Part shown: in pieces, positions 1-36,900 of the stretch
Layout of the letters: each line of letters begins with the position of its first letter
Numbering within the stretch: the first letter of the stretch is position 1
From: Macrostomum lignano
Taxonomy: Eukaryota
NCBI GenBank assembly: GCA_002269645.1
Contig: NIVC01003983.1
Span: 2,460 to 66,459 of the forward strand
DNA length: 64,000 bases
Direction: 5' to 3'
Translations under genes and position numbers: made by a program
The notes under the pieces: generated by a model
What the model was told of the DNA's origin: nothing
What the model saw: the letters and a program-made list of their open reading frames with translations, nothing else
The model's database searches: none

Positions 1-6120
<6,120 letters not shown>

Positions 6121-6689
6121 CCCCTCTCTGGCTTTCAGCCTCTACTTTGGAGCCTCTCTCTCTCTTACCTGCTTGGCGCTGACCTGCCGGGCAGGCGCAG
6201 CTCAGTAATAAATACGAGAATAGAACCGAGCACCTACTGATAAGGCCAAGGCGAGAGACCCGCGCGCAGGTGACGCATTCGAGTTCTGAGCTGCTCTCTG
6301 CTCAGCTCAGATCAGAGCGATTAGATTTCGATACAAAGATTGAACTGTGTAAAGCTAGCTGGCTGCAACTGCAGGTAAATTATCCGCTGAGTAGGCTCAG
6401 AAGGTGACAATCTTGATTTGTAACTTTCGGGCAAAAAAACTGGCCAGCACACTCTCAGGACCAGTTGGGCATTTTGCTCTGCTCTAATCCCTTCTTATGC
6501 TTTTTCTAGCTGGTGGTTAAGCTTTAAACTTTAACAAAAAACTTTCACGAAAATGGTTTGCAGAGAGCAAAGCTGCGTCCAGCAGAATATACGCTTAACA
6601 AAAAGAACGAATCAATAAATAACTTATCTTACTGTAAATAGACATGAAGAGCGAAAGTGAATAGAAAGTAGAAAAGACAAGCAGGATAA

Positions 6690-7697
6690 GACAAAAAGGG
6701 ACAAGACAGGACAAGAGAGGACAAGACAGGACAGGACAAGTCACAAGACAGGACAAGACAAGACAGGACAAGTCACAAGACAGGACAAGTCACAAGACAG
6801 GACAAGTCACAAGACAGGACAAGTCACAAGACAGGACAAGTCACAAGACAGGACAAGAAAAGACAGGACAAGTCACAAGACAGGACAAGAAAAGACAGGA
6901 CAAGTCACAAGACAGGACAAATCACAAGACAGGACAAGACAAGACAGGACAAGAAAAGACAGGACAAGTCACAAGACAGAACAAGACAAGACAGGACAAG
7001 TCACAAGACAGGACAAGTCACAAGACAGGACAAGTCACAAGACAGGACAAGACAAGACAGGACAAGTCACAAGACAGGACAAGACAAGACAGGACAAGTC
7101 ACAAGACAGGACAAGACAAGACAGGACAAGTCACAAGACAGGACAAGACAAGACAGGACAAGTCACAAGACAGGACAAGACAAGACAGGACAAGACAAGA
7201 CAGGACAAGTCACAAGACAGGACAAGTCACAAGACAGGACAAGTCACAAGACAGGACAAGAAAAGACAGGACAAGTCACAAGACAGGACAAGAAAAGACA
7301 GGACAAGTCACAAGACAGGACAAGAAAAGACAGGACAAGTCACAAGACAGGACAAATCACAAGACAGGACAAGACAAGACAGGACAAGAAAAGACAGGAC
7401 AAGTCACAAGACAGGACAAGACAAGACAGGACAAGTCACAAGACAGGACAAGACAAGACAGGACAAGTCACAAGACAGGACAAGACAAGACAGGACAAGA
7501 CAAGACAGGACAAGTCACAAGACAGGACAAGACAAGACAGGACAAGTCACAAGACAGGACAAGAAAAGACAGGACAAGTCACAAGACAGGACAAGAAAAG
7601 ACAGGACAAGTCACAAGACAGGACAAGAAAAGACAGGACAAGACAAGACAGGACAAGTCACAAGACAGGACAAGTCATAAGACAGGACAAGACAAGA
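6690..7697. repeat. 15/17-bp GACAA-based minisatellite upstream of NCKX
   Basis: Units gacaggacaagtcacaa / gacaggacaagacaa / gacaggacaagaaaa. Confidence 0.92.
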
Positions 7698-8715
7698 GAA
7701 GGGAGGAGAAAAGAAAACAAGAGAAAGAAATTTCCCACAGCGGATTTTACTAGTTTTCTTCATTAAAAAGACGAGAGTCAAAGCAAAGCGACAGAATTCT
7801 ATGCCGTCAATGCAAGCGATCGGTTCAGTCCATTTGAATTACAGAGAGTGCATTTGTTTGTATTTATTTTTCAAGTGATATGTGCCAGGGATTAAAGCTG
7901 GTGCTGAAAAGTCTCATGTGCAGAGGGGGGACTACTCTAAGTGGGATGTGATGCAACTCCGTAAAACAGGATGCCTTGAGAGTGCCGCACTTGCGCAGTT
8001 AATGATCGAAAGCAACTGTCACTTCTTTTGAGAGAGGCGTGGAGGAGAGCAGGACATGCTTTGACCGCGTCAGCGAAGTCCATCTCTTTGCAGCAAAAAG
8101 CATAGCAGAGAAAAAAGCGCAAAAAACTTTCGAATTTTTTAATCGGCAGAAAAAAAGGCAAGAAAAAAAGCAGAAAAAAGAAACAAAACTTGATCAGCAA
8201 ACCGAAGAGAGCTAGCTTAAATAAGAAACACATTGCGAAGGGGTGCATGCTTCGGTAGTTTACCATTTGCATGCTTTCATTGGCCCTATAAGCTTCAACC
8301 TTCAACCACCCGCCGCCGCCCGAACCGAGGCCGAGGCACTCCTGGACAGCGTCGGACACCCGGACTGGCCGAATCTGGCCGAGCCCGAGGAACGCTCTCT
8401 TAGCAGGAGTCGAACCCGCGACCAATATACGGCCGCATAGGGGAGCTCCGCGGCAAGTTCGGTCAGCTGGCGAGGTGTTGAATTCGAGGCAACTAAGTCG
8501 GATATTAACTATAAAAATCCATAATTAGCAGAAGCGGCTACCCCTTGCACAATTTCACTTTGCAGAAAGAAAAACTTCAGACTCAAATTTTCACAAATGT
8601 CTCAGCTTTTTCTGTCTGCGGCTAAAAATCGGGGGGGGGGGGGGGCTGGAAGGGTTTCAAAAAGAAGTGTCGAGTGTCTGGCAAGTGCACTGAAAAGATG
8701 CATAAAGTACACAAT

Positions 8716-8909
8716 GGGCCGTATGCAGAAAGCTCTGTCTAGGGTAGTCCGGTCTTGAAAAGCTAGTCTGGACTTGGATTTGGTATGCAGAAACGCAAAG
8801 TTAGACCGGTCTACTATAGACAGAACTAGGGTAGCTAGACCATAGACTATAGACTGAACTACCCAAGTCCGGACTAGCTAGTCTGGACTAAGCTTTCTGC
8901 ATACGGCCG
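8716..8909. mobile_element. MITE, PIF/Harbinger-like
   Basis: 18-bp perfect TIR ggccgtatgcagaaagct (8717-8734 and 8891-8908); 3-bp AAT on both flanks if one terminal mismatch is allowed. Confidence 0.65.
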
Positions 8910-9100
8910 AATGAACCGAGTAAGCGGGTGGCTGATGCAGCCTTTGGAATGCTTTTTCTGACAGCGGTCAGGTGATTACGGAGATGAGGAACTCAAACAC
9001 CAATCATTGCAGTTATAAACACGCAGGATATGTTTTCAGCGACTAATTTTTTATCAAAGTTTCTCAGAAGTTAACTGTTGCTATGTTGCTATTATTGTCA

Positions 9101-9381
9101 GAGGGGGTTGGAGCCTAGTGGTTGGAGCGTCAGCCTCACGACTGAAAGGTCAGGGGTTCGATTCTCGGCCCACTCTAAACAATTTGTGTCCTTTGAGCAA
9201 GACACTTAACTCTGCATTGCTTCAGTTCACCCAGCTGTAAAATGGGTGCCAGCATTAGCTGGGGTAATTGAGGGTGTGTGTGGCGACCCCCCAGTCCTTG
9301 GACTGAACAGCCGTACGCAGCCTTCAGCAGTCCGCGCAACCCATTAGGGCAGGTGTAATTAATTATTTAATTAATATTATT
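9101..9381 (+). mobile_element. tRNA-derived SINE with CORE-like central domain, copy 1
   Basis: Box A (cctagtggtt), box B (ggttcgatt), central gtgtcctttgagcaagacacttaac..cccagctgtaaaatggg resembling the CORE-SINE domain, AT-rich tail; homologous to the 12199 copy. Confidence 0.75.
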
Positions 9382-9605
9382 GCTAAAGTCTTTCCAAAGT
9401 CGCTGAGTCTCCGATAAAGGTCAGTGTGTGCGGGAAATTTTTTTCAGTGGGAAAACAGACAAGTTTTCGTCTTTTGAATACAAATCAACTCTGATAGTCA
9501 ATGGATCCGGGATGAACTCTTTAAAAAAATCGATTGCAGCCAATTAATTCTGAGTAGAATATCCAGCATATCTGTGAGAACAGTAGTGTTTGCAGCTGGC
9601 AAATT

Positions 9606-26046
<16,441 letters not shown>

Positions 26047-27331
26047 CTGCAATGTGCGACACAGTGGGAGGGGGGATTCTGATGCTCCGATATGATCTAA
26101 TATAGATCAAAGGCGGTGACCATAAACTCAGAAGTTTTATTGCAACACAACTGGGCGCTAATGGCATTTACCGTGCAGAACATGGTGGCCATGCAGCTTC
26201 ACCACCATTATTATTCTCTATCTATGATTTAATTGACAGATTCAGCCCCGGTTGAATTCTAGCAACTTCATGGCCGCCAAGGCCGTGGGTGGCAGTGGGC
26301 GGTGCTGCACTTTCTTAGTCAGATGGGATCGTTGCGGGCTGGGCTACGGACGGTCAGCAGCCCCGAGGGGATGCGACTGAGTCGCTATTTATTACGGGTC
26401 CGTCAACGCGGCCCCGCTCCCCAACTCTCTGTCGTCCCTCGCCGTCAGTCAGCCTCATAGGGCCGCTACTCTGTGCACTATGGTGATCAACTATAGCTCT
26501 GTCAGTGCACTCTCCGGGCGATGGAGATGAGATGCTGGGGCGTACTGAACAGGGGAAGAGCAGTTTGGGAGGGGGAACGATGGAGAGAGATGAAGGAAGC
26601 TGATGGAAAGAGATGAGAAGACAGGTGTGTTGAGGATAGAAGTGTTTGGGCAGGTGATGAGAGTGGTTGCTAGGGGAGCCCACGTGGGGAAAAATTATCC
26701 AAAAAGCAACGGAGAGCGCGAGAACCGACATCAGGTAGAGGTGTACGGTGTACTCCTACCCACCGCGCACAGGTACCTCAGGCAGAAAACTAATCACACG
26801 ACTTTAACGCATCGCAGCCCAATTAAATCTAGTTACAGTGGGAGCACCTGCTGCTAGAAGCAATCCGAAGCCAGAAAACTTCAAATTTGCCCCCGAGGAA
26901 TTTCAAATTAACTTCAGTGCGGTTTCAACAAAAATTTCTAGTAAGACTGGAAGGAGGCTTGCTACAGTCAAAGCGGCGACAAAGTGTTCTAGAATATTGC
27001 TTCTATAGCTGTGTGTCTTTTTCTCCAAGCAACTTTTAGGGGAAGGCTTTGTTCGTTCGCGGCGCTATAGACTCAAAAAGGTTGGTCGCACCTTTGCGAA
27101 GCAAATGGATACATTTTTTCTGCTGTAACTTCCCCTGCTGCAGCGACTGTTTCGTCGGTAATATCGGTAATCTGCTTTGAACAGAAAAGCACTTGCTGCA
27201 TTGCAACCAAGAATGAGTGGTTTATTAGCAACAGTTGTAAAGACACAACTCCGCCATAACTTCAAAGGCGGAGTGTCTGCGGAATTGAAAAATATGCCCC
27301 CTAGCCTTAGCTCGTAAGAATGAGACACTAT

Positions 27332-27598
27332 AGCCAACCAAGTTAAGAATTGCCATTTGGAAGCAGTGGATTTGGTCTTGCCCATAGACATAGACGGAAA
27401 AGGCAAGGAAGTTGATAATTCTGATCTACTGCACGGAAATCGATGTTAAGCACCTGAGAGATAGTCTATGGGAGAGGTTGCTGCTGGCATTCTTTTTCGT
27501 GCTGATGTCTATGGCCAAATTATCAACTTGTTTGCCTCTTCCGTCTATGTCTATGGGCAAGACCAAATCCACTGCGGCTATTCTCAACTTAGCTGGCT
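27332..27598. mobile_element. Foldback/MITE with ~80-bp imperfect inverted arms
   Basis: gcagtggatttggtcttgcccatagacatagacgg...ccgtctatgtctatgggcaagaccaaatccactgc; opposite-strand ORFs share the peptide PSMSMGKTKSTA. Confidence 0.65.
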
Positions 27599-27814
27599 TA
27601 ACTATACCTTTTTGCTTCATATTTAGTTCGTTGCAAAGAGCCCAGCAAATTTAATATTCACCATAGACTAAGAATATAACTTTTCGCTATAAGAATATAA
27701 CCCATTCTGGCCTCATCATCAGAGCTTCTAGTATGCATACAGAGTTGGTGCCTGCATGTGTTTGATTGGGGCTTATCGAAAAATTTGTTGAATTCATTTT
27801 GGAGAAATAAGGAG

Positions 27815-28213
<399 letters not shown>

Positions 28214-29159
28214 ACGCAAGTCTATGCAAGAGTACGCGAACTAGCTTAGAGAAGTAGAGAAGTGCTTAACAAGATACCGCGAAAAAGTGTCAATCAACAC
28301 AGTCTCTTTGCTTAAACACATTATCAATAAATACTTAGTACGAATCGATAGATTAAGCAAATATATAACAGAGAACTATACCGGAGTCTTCGAAGTTGGC
28401 AAATGAGTCAACAATGACAGACAGGTTCTCCAGTGAGTTCATTGCTGATCTCTGAAATTCCTACAAGGAATGCAAAGTTCCTTGCTATCTTTGCAGCCTG
28501 AGAACGATGGAATGCTTGAGAACTTGAAATCGGAATTCGCGCTCTTAATGTAGAGAGGATGTTTCAGCTTTCGGCTGCTGCAACACTGCAGGCCAGTTTT
28601 GTATTACAAGCGTCCTCGAGGGAGTGGGCGACAGCAGCTCAGTTCAGAATGGGAACGGTGAGTCACGGTGGGGCAGCGTTTGGCGAGCGAATGGCTGCAT
28701 GCCGTCTGGGATTCGCAGGCTTCATGGCTTCAACTCAAGGCTACGAGCGAATGGCTTATGAACTAAGAAAAGAATTGAAGCAAAAGACAGCAATTCCTGC
28801 AGCATCTACAAGCGTGTTTCATTATTCATTCTAAGAAAAAGTTTAGACAATTAGCATCTAATTCTTGCTAATGCTTTGCTAATTTTACCCAAGTGAAAAA
28901 CAGGTTGCCATGACACTCCTCGGTACATTTTATTTTCTCATTGATTTCATTATTAATTCAAGGATTCAGATTCTAAGTGTACTACTAAAAGTAATTGTGC
29001 GAAGTACGAGCTATCTATCAAGCTTAACCTAACCGACTGTAGATATAGAGATAAAAATGTAAGATGTAAAAATGTAAATCTTGAGAAGGGAAGAGAAGAG
29101 GGAATGGAAACGTGAGAGGAGGGAAGGGAGATAGGAAGGAGAGGCGAGAGAATAAAGGA

Positions 29160-30102
29160 GAAGAGAGGAGAGAATGGGAGAGGAGAGAGGAGAGAGGAGA
29201 GAGGAGAGAGGAGAGAGGAGAGAGGAGAGAGGAGAAGTTAAAAAAACAAAGGGTAGAGAGAATATAGATATGAGACATGAGAGCAGAGAGGAGAGAGAAA
29301 AGAAAAGAAAGAGAGGACCGGGTAGAGGAGAGACAATAGATGAGAGAGTAGAGAGGACAGATGGGAGAGGAAAAAAGAGATAAGAGAGAGCAGGAGAGAG
29401 GAGAGAGGAGAGGAGAGGAGAGGAGAGGAGAGGAGAGGAGAGGAGAGGAGAGGAGAGGAGAGGAGAGGAGAGGAGAGGAGAGGAGAGGAGAGGAGAGGAG
29501 AGGAGAGGAGAGGAGAGGAGAGGAGAGGAGAGGAGAGGAGAGGAGAGGAGAGGAGAGGAGAGGAGAGGAGAGGAGAGGAGAGGAGAGGAGAGGAGAGGAG
29601 AGGAGAGGAGAGGAGAGGAGAGGAGAGGAGAGGAGAGGAGAGAGAGGAGAGGAGAGGAGAGAGAGGAGAGGAGAGGAGAGGAGAGGAGAGGAGAGGAGAG
29701 GAGAGAGAGGGAGAGGAGGAGAGGAGAGGAGAGGAGAGGAGAGGAGAGGAGGAGGAGAGGAGGGAGAGGAGAGGAGAGGAGAGGAGAGGAGAGGAGAGGA
29801 GAGGAGAGAGGAGGAGAGGAGAGGAGAGGAGGAGAGAGGAGAGGAGAGGAGAGGAGAGAGAGGAAGAGAGAGAGGAGAGGAGAGGAGAGGAGAGAGAGGA
29901 GAGGAGAGGAGAGGAGAGGAGAGGAGAGAGAGGAGAGAGAGGAGAGGAGAGGAGAGGAGAGGAGAGGAGAGAGAGGAGAGGAGAGGAGAGGAGAGGAGAG
30001 GAGAGGAGAGGAGAGGAGAGGAGAGGAGAGGAGAGGAGAGGAGAGGAGAGGAGAGGAGGAGAGAGAGGAGAGGAGAGGAGAGGAGAGGAGAGGAGAGGAG
30101 AG
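29160..30102. repeat. (GGAGA)n purine-rich simple repeat
   Basis: Direct reading. Confidence 0.93.
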
Positions 30103-31772
30103 ATTGAGCGGGCCGGCTTGCCGGTTGAAGTTTCAACCTACTCGAGGGCCGGATAGAGAGGCTTTGCGGGCTGCATGTGGGCTGTGGCCAGAGTTGGCCG
30201 AAACTGGTGTAGAGAAACTCCGTGTAAGAACGCGCTGTACTTTCGCTTTTTCCTGCTTCCAGCAGATTGAAGAAAATGAATTTTTTTAAACTTTCAGATC
30301 CACCTTAATAAAACACAGACAAGCTTAATATGCTTACCAGAAGCTTTGAATTTGAGAGATTAAAAATTTAGTGCGAAAAACTAAAGTTCCCTATCTTTCT
30401 GCTGCATTTTAAGCGAAATTAGGCTTTCGAATAAAGTTGCGTGCTGATACAATGTATGGTAACTTCGAGTTCGAGTGGTACTTTCAAATCAGACTGCATC
30501 CAGGTTTAAAAGCTAGATGTTTTCTATAATTGCTGTTGAATTGAACTGATTCATGTGCACTCTTCCACAAGGTTGACTCGTAAGTCATTCGAGAGAAAAA
30601 GGTTAAAATGAATATAATTGCCTATTGAAAAACACAAATGCTTGAGTTGTATTTAATTGTTATGAGCGAATTTCTGCTTAGACATGGGCCGGTAAACTTA
30701 TTCGGGTAGCAACAAGAGATAGAGATGATTCTCAGTAGCATTTCTTATTAATAGCTTGATAAAACGTGAGTAGCAACTTCGGACACAACTCATACTGGCT
30801 TCAATTACTATGCCCGTATTAGAGAGTCCAGAAGTTGATACATTGTGAATTGTGCGTTGTGTTAAACAAATTTGTAGCAATCATTCTGCTTCAGTTGAAA
30901 ATAAATCTAACAAATCAGAACAAACTAAAACAAGTACAAATTGAACTCTATTCCCTCAATTTCTATTTCCCAGCCAGAGCGCTCACCTTTTAATCTTTCG
31001 CTGTTCATTCTGCAGCTGCTGCAAACGGTGGTTGCCGCCCTTCGCTTAGAGTACTTCAGGTAGTACCTGCACATTATTGACCTGGCCAGGTGCTGACTGT
31101 TGCAGGGCCTCTGCCATGAGTAAAATGGTTCGCAGGGAGAATTACAGCGTCATATCAATTTCAGTGAGCGGCAAAAGAGAAGGAGTTTCAGAGAGTGCAG
31201 AAGCAACCATTTCTTATTGCAAAGCAAAATCGCCCCAATCCCAATCAGATCGGCTATCGATCCGATTGAATGGCGACTGGACGTTAAGCGACCGGTATAG
31301 CAGAGAAGGCCTCTCCTAGGCAAGAAAAAATGTGCGCGAATTCTACAGCTGCGAGTACGTTTTTATTCTGTACTCTTCAGGACGGAAAATACAGTGGGCG
31401 AGCAGTGGGAGAGTGGGAGAGCAGCAATCGATAAAGCTAAAAAGATCTGACAGTGGATTATTTTTCATTTCAAAAGAAGTTCTTCGTGGACAATTTACTA
31501 ATTCAAATCATAAAAATTTAATGCGAGCGATAAGTTGCTAAATGAAACCCATGTAATTACATGTACTTTGTATTCAGTTGTCCTAGCTGGTTTCATTGCA
31601 TTTGAAGTTCTGAAGCTCTGAAGTTTTGAAGTTGAATGGGGGTTTGAAGTTCTGTGTGTACTAAATGCACTACAGCAATACGACAAATATACACTCAGCA
31701 ACATTGAAGGTTATGTCCAACCTTGCGCGAAAGGGTCCATGGTCAGCACGATCTATGGTTTCGCCACTTGGT

Positions 31773-32175
31773 TTTGGGCCATAGACAAATGCGCAAAAAG
31801 GACAGGAAAGTAAAGTCTGATAACTGGTGTGACAGGGAGAAGGGTCACAGAGTGTACATGAGTTAACTGGAGGCATCTGTGTACGCAGGCGACAATGACT
31901 GATTGACGCACTCTGCGTTGTTGGTATGGGCGTCCAGATCGCCGGACTTGAACCCGATTGAGCGCGTGTGGCATTAACAACAACTGTTAACAGTGCGGCG
32001 CCTTGTTCTGGGAATGCCTCGACGAGTGAACTTTGTGCACGTCCGTGATTGCTGCATGTACTCGAATACCCGTTATTGATGCCCTTCGGACATGTACACA
32101 GCGTGGGACATGGGCATGGACTTGTTTCGCTGTTCATTATTTGCTGCTTTGCTTTTTTATTGTCTATGGCCCAAA
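31773..32175. mobile_element. Possible MITE (16-bp inverted termini)
   Basis: tttgggccatagacaa (31773-31788) and ttgtctatggcccaaa (32160-32175); no clear TSD. Confidence 0.35.
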
Positions 32176-33927
32176 CATAGCCGAAAAACTTTTCAATCAC
32201 TTATCGATCAATCACCTCTTGGCCGGCTGACGAGGACATTTTTCATGTTTCAGACTCTACAGTCTAATTCAAGTGTTTCACAGCTTTGGAACTCACAATT
32301 CAATTAAGCTTATGCAGATTGGAGGCGGATTAAGACTTCGACAATGGAGCGTGGGTCCAAGAAATCCATTAATTCGTTAGTCAACCGGGTTTAATTTATT
32401 GTACGAGCTGTGAGACTAAATTGATCCGTTTAGAAACCTATTGGAGGAATTTCACGAAATTAACAGTGAAAATTCCTATCAGCTGGACTGCAGCTCCACT
32501 TCTGACTCAACTAAGAACTCTAGTTGCTTTCATTAATATATTGCTGATCCGTTTCTTTGCTAAAGAAGTTGTCCAATAACAGAAGTTCGATTTGTCGTAA
32601 TTGCTTCAAAGTCGGCATATCTGCCATCTGGTGAATTGCAATATCTGCTCGTATTATAGCAATGGAATTGAATATTGGTAAAATCCTACTGTTCCTACCC
32701 GGCCGTCCGTCCTCCCTTGCATTGGTCAGGCTCGATCGGGTCTCAATTGTTTATGAAGTTTCTAAGCTATCTGTCGCATAAGAGCCTAACTGTAATAATG
32801 TAAACTTGAGTTTTTCGAAAGCTACACGTGCAGATGAACATGCAGATCAAAGTTTAAAACTGCTAAGTTAGATTTGCAGTACATAATATTATCATTTAAT
32901 GAGAAAGAGCTGCAGATGATTTAAAAAATGGCGCCCATGCAGACCAGGCCAGTTTCTATTTGTTTTGATTAAATTTGCGTACTTTTACAACGTCTGTACG
33001 TACATGTAAATGACCTGAAACATGACACAAATATAATTAAGGATTCCACCCTTTGGTCCTACACGTACGTAGTACATGTCATCTACAGTACAGGGCTTGT
33101 ACATGCGTTGCCGTTGCAGCTTCAAGTCCAGAGACGATCTGCCACACAAAATTTAGTTTAAATTCCAAACACAACAAGAACAAAAGCAATCGTTTTTGAG
33201 TAAATCCTATACCCTTCGGCGATTTTCTATGTGCATGCATAGTATAAAGTACTTTAGAAATTAGTATAGAGCAATATAGTAGAGGATACTGGACAGCTCG
33301 CGTTATATGAAAATGCTATTCGTTCGATTTGAAAATTTCTTAGTGACACATGAATGAGCTAATTCTGCAAGTTTAATTCATTTGCCTGCCATTATTGTAA
33401 TTCAAAATGAGTTTTAGTTACTAATTAGGTCATACATTCAATTTAGTCCGCCAATGTAATAATTAATTTGTTCGACGAAATGTAAAAATAGGAAAAATAA
33501 GAATAAAAATATAGACTATGTTAATAATAAAAAATTGTGTAATTAAACTGAAAAATAAACCTAAAAAACTAGAGTTGAGCTGAAATATTTCGAACTGAAT
33601 TAGTTCTATAAAATTTGTTATAGCGCTCAATGTAGCTTTTTGTTTTTAAAAGTTGGCAAAAAGTATTTCGTTTTTGATTCGATTAAGATCATGTTCAATC
33701 GATCATTCATTTTTAACCTTTATCTATTGGAAATATGTATCCATTTCATTAAGCAGCTGCCCTACCAGTTGGTCATATAAACTATACTAAAAGTTTTCTA
33801 TCTCATGTAATGCTAAGCAACTAAGCAACTTTGTGATTGGATGCATCGTATATGATTGTTAAGAAGATTCGTTCTACCATTTAACTTACATCCTTTTACT
33901 TTAATTAGGCCTAACAGTAAATCAAAT

Positions 33928-36900
33928 ATGGCTGTAAATGCTAATCAACTTTCGGATCTCCAGCTTAGAGAAATGCTGACAAAAAGAAATGTCCCTGTTG
34001 GACTTATTGATGGTTCTACTAGGCAGAGATATAAAAACCGTCTTCAAAAGCTGCTGGATTCTGAGTTTAAAAAGCCAAATGCTGTACCACAGGTAAATAA
34101 TTTGTTTTGATTACAAAATTAAAGACTATGTTGCTTTTGGGCATATTGAGCATTTTTGTTATGAACAATTTACTATTACTAGGCCTACTGATAGAGTGTT
34201 AGGCCCTACAATCTACATTGAATTTTCAATATCTTTTTTTGTTATAAGTCCCATGGCCATGCTTGGGCACAACCTAGGGATTCACCTGGCTGTTTCTATT
34301 GGCAACACACACATGTAAGTCACTATTGGACAGAATATAGTCATGTGACTACTCTCAGCCAATAGCGACTTACATGTGTATGTTGCCAATAGAAATGGCT
34401 GAGTGATTCCCCAGGTTGCGCATGTATGAATAAGTCCTAAATAAAATTAGGGACTCCAATAAGATTTTTTAAATAGAAAAAATATAAGAATGTTTGCTCT
34501 CAATTGTATAGATCTTATCAATGTTGCATATCCAGTTAAGGAACGTTTGGTTCCAAGGAAAGTAATTTCTATCACTGTTTCTAATAGGATTACAGTCATT
34601 TTGGTAATAAGACATTTTGGTATAGTCATTTTGGGGATAAGCAAATGTCATTTTGGTAACAAAAAGAAGACCCTTTTGGTGACTAATAGCTATTGTGTTT
34701 TTAAGAATAAAATTATATTGCTAATCCTCATTAAATAAAAACTAAAATTTTAGATTTCTAGAACAGTAAAGTATTGATTTATTTATTTTGTTTATTTATT
34801 TGTTTATTTGTTTGCAAGGGTTGCACTTGCAATCTTTTATATTTATTGTACTTTTTTTTCAGTTTTTTGAAACCCTGTTTTTCTTTGCAGTGGGCATTTC
34901 ATGATGAGGATCCTCATATAAACATAAAGTTCTAGTCTAGGTTTATATGTTTGAATATTCTGGGAAAAATTCAAAATGAGCTGCACAAAAAACAATATAT
35001 TAGTTTGACATATTATTTTTAGAGGCCAATTTTCAAATGTTGATTCTGACTTCAAAATTATGTATGGAAATAATTTTAAGCTAATAGATTTTTAAGTTTA
35101 TATGGGTAATTCTAGTTTCTTTTCTAGTACTCTTATTATTATTTTACTACTTTTTACTAGCTACTTATATAAATTGTATAAAATTGATTAGGTGTTATAT
35201 TATTATTTATCACTTTTTATCCTTTTGCCTTGAAACTAACAAAAGAACTTTAAAGATCTTTTCTATTAATTGCATTAAAGATAAAACCAAAATAGGACTC
35301 AATTATTGAATTTCCATTTATTGATCAATTGTAGATAAATCCATTATGACTGGGATATTACAATGCAATATTAGAAAATTGAAAATCATAGTAGCTAGCT
35401 ATAGACTTAATAAGGTGATCTGCCTGTAAAACTATTTAATTGGATGTTTATATGAAATCTAGCTTTAAATAACATTAATTATTCTAGCTTATTTATATTT
35501 GAAAGAAAATTTGTTTCAGATTCTTATACTTATAAAGAATTATACTTATTCCATAGTCTTTTATGCTGAAAACTTGGTATATTTTTATTACTTATATTTG
35601 GCTTAATAATAAATGCCTAGCAATAGACTGGGGTTAATGACAGCCATCAGGGAATATGGCCAATGTACCAAGGGATATATAGCTTCATTGTGCAAAAGCC
35701 TAAAGCACGTTTCAACTATTTGTGCCTTAAAATGCTTAGGTAGGTGAATAAGTAGACCTGTTTGGCTTTAATGTTGTTTCAATTGGTTCTTGAACTGATG
35801 TATGAAACATTCAATATTGAACTCCTGTCCAATCAATTCTTTATGAAAATTCCCACAGGCGAATGCGTCGCCTGCCACTGCAAATCGGGCCAGCACCCGC
35901 GGCGTAGCAGCGGCCGCGGCCGCCACGCCAACCGCTGCGTCCACTCGGCAGACTCCTCAGCAGCAGCAGCGGCAGGCTCAGCGCACTCCACCACCAGGCC
36001 CCGTGGCCTCCTTTAGCTCAGACGAGGCCGACCTGAGCCAGGCTGAGGATCGGCCCGGCTCAGCCTCGCTGCGTCAGCGCCGGCGACATACCCCCGCTGT
36101 ACCGCGAACCAGCGTCGCGCCGACACCACCGACGCCGGCGTCGCGTAGAGCCACGGCGGCGGCAGCAGCGACACCAACTGCTCAGCAGCGACGCAGTCGA
36201 GGACGGAAGTCGGCTGCTTTGAACACGTCGACTAGCCTGTTGCAGGACGACTCGGAGTCTGATGCGCCGATGCCGCGGCTGCTGCCAACTCAGCCGCCGC
36301 CGCCTCCGTCTCAGTTGGCCGACGTCGTCGCGACGACCGCCTGGACGTGTCCGATGTCGAGGAGCCGCCGCCAGTTTCAGCGGCCAGCAGAGTCAGCAAT
36401 GGCCGGCGTAGAACTGACGGATTTCCAAGTACGGGCGGTCGGTGAACAACTACTGGGCCATGGTGCCGAATTTCATGCTGCTTGGCGCGCTGCTTTTAGT
36501 CATCATTATTGGCGGCTATTTTATCACCGAGCAGAATAGGCTGGCCAAGGCTAGGCAACTAGAGGAGCTGCAGCGCATTGTCTGCCAGATAAAGGAATTG
36601 CAGGTAAGATCACTTAGTAATTTGTCTTCTTACCAGATCCTGAGATAGGTCATTCTTAACCCTTCAGATCCTCAGATTGGTCATTCTTCACCCTCCCAGA
36701 TCCTCAGATTGGTCATTCTCAATTCTCCCAGATCCTCAGATTGGTCATTCTTCACCCTCCCAGATCCTCAGATTGGTCATTCTCAATTCTCCCAGATCCT
36801 CAGATTGGTCATTCTCAATTCTCTCAGATCCTCAGATTGATCATTCTCAATTCTCCCAGATCCTCAGATTGATCATTCTTCATTCTGCCGATTCAAATTG

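Noticed and set aside
8385-8440. Box-B/T-arm-like gcgggttcgactcctgc on minus and the small ORF 8243-8440
   Set aside because: No box A or tRNA fold; the ORF has no recognisable homology or splice partners.
9101-9175. tRNA gene at SINE heads (also 12199-12272)
   Set aside because: No complete cloverleaf or acceptor stem, and the sequence continues into a shared SINE body.
9280-9360. Self-cleaving ribozyme in SINE tail
   Set aside because: No hammerhead CUGANGA/GAAA core or HDV-like nested pseudoknot could be assembled.
30142-31117. Candidate MAP7 first exons (31117-31067 MAEALQQSAPGQVNNVQ; 30203-30142)
   Set aside because: Plausible splice signals, but phases could not be joined to the phase-1 exon at 26046 without transcript data.
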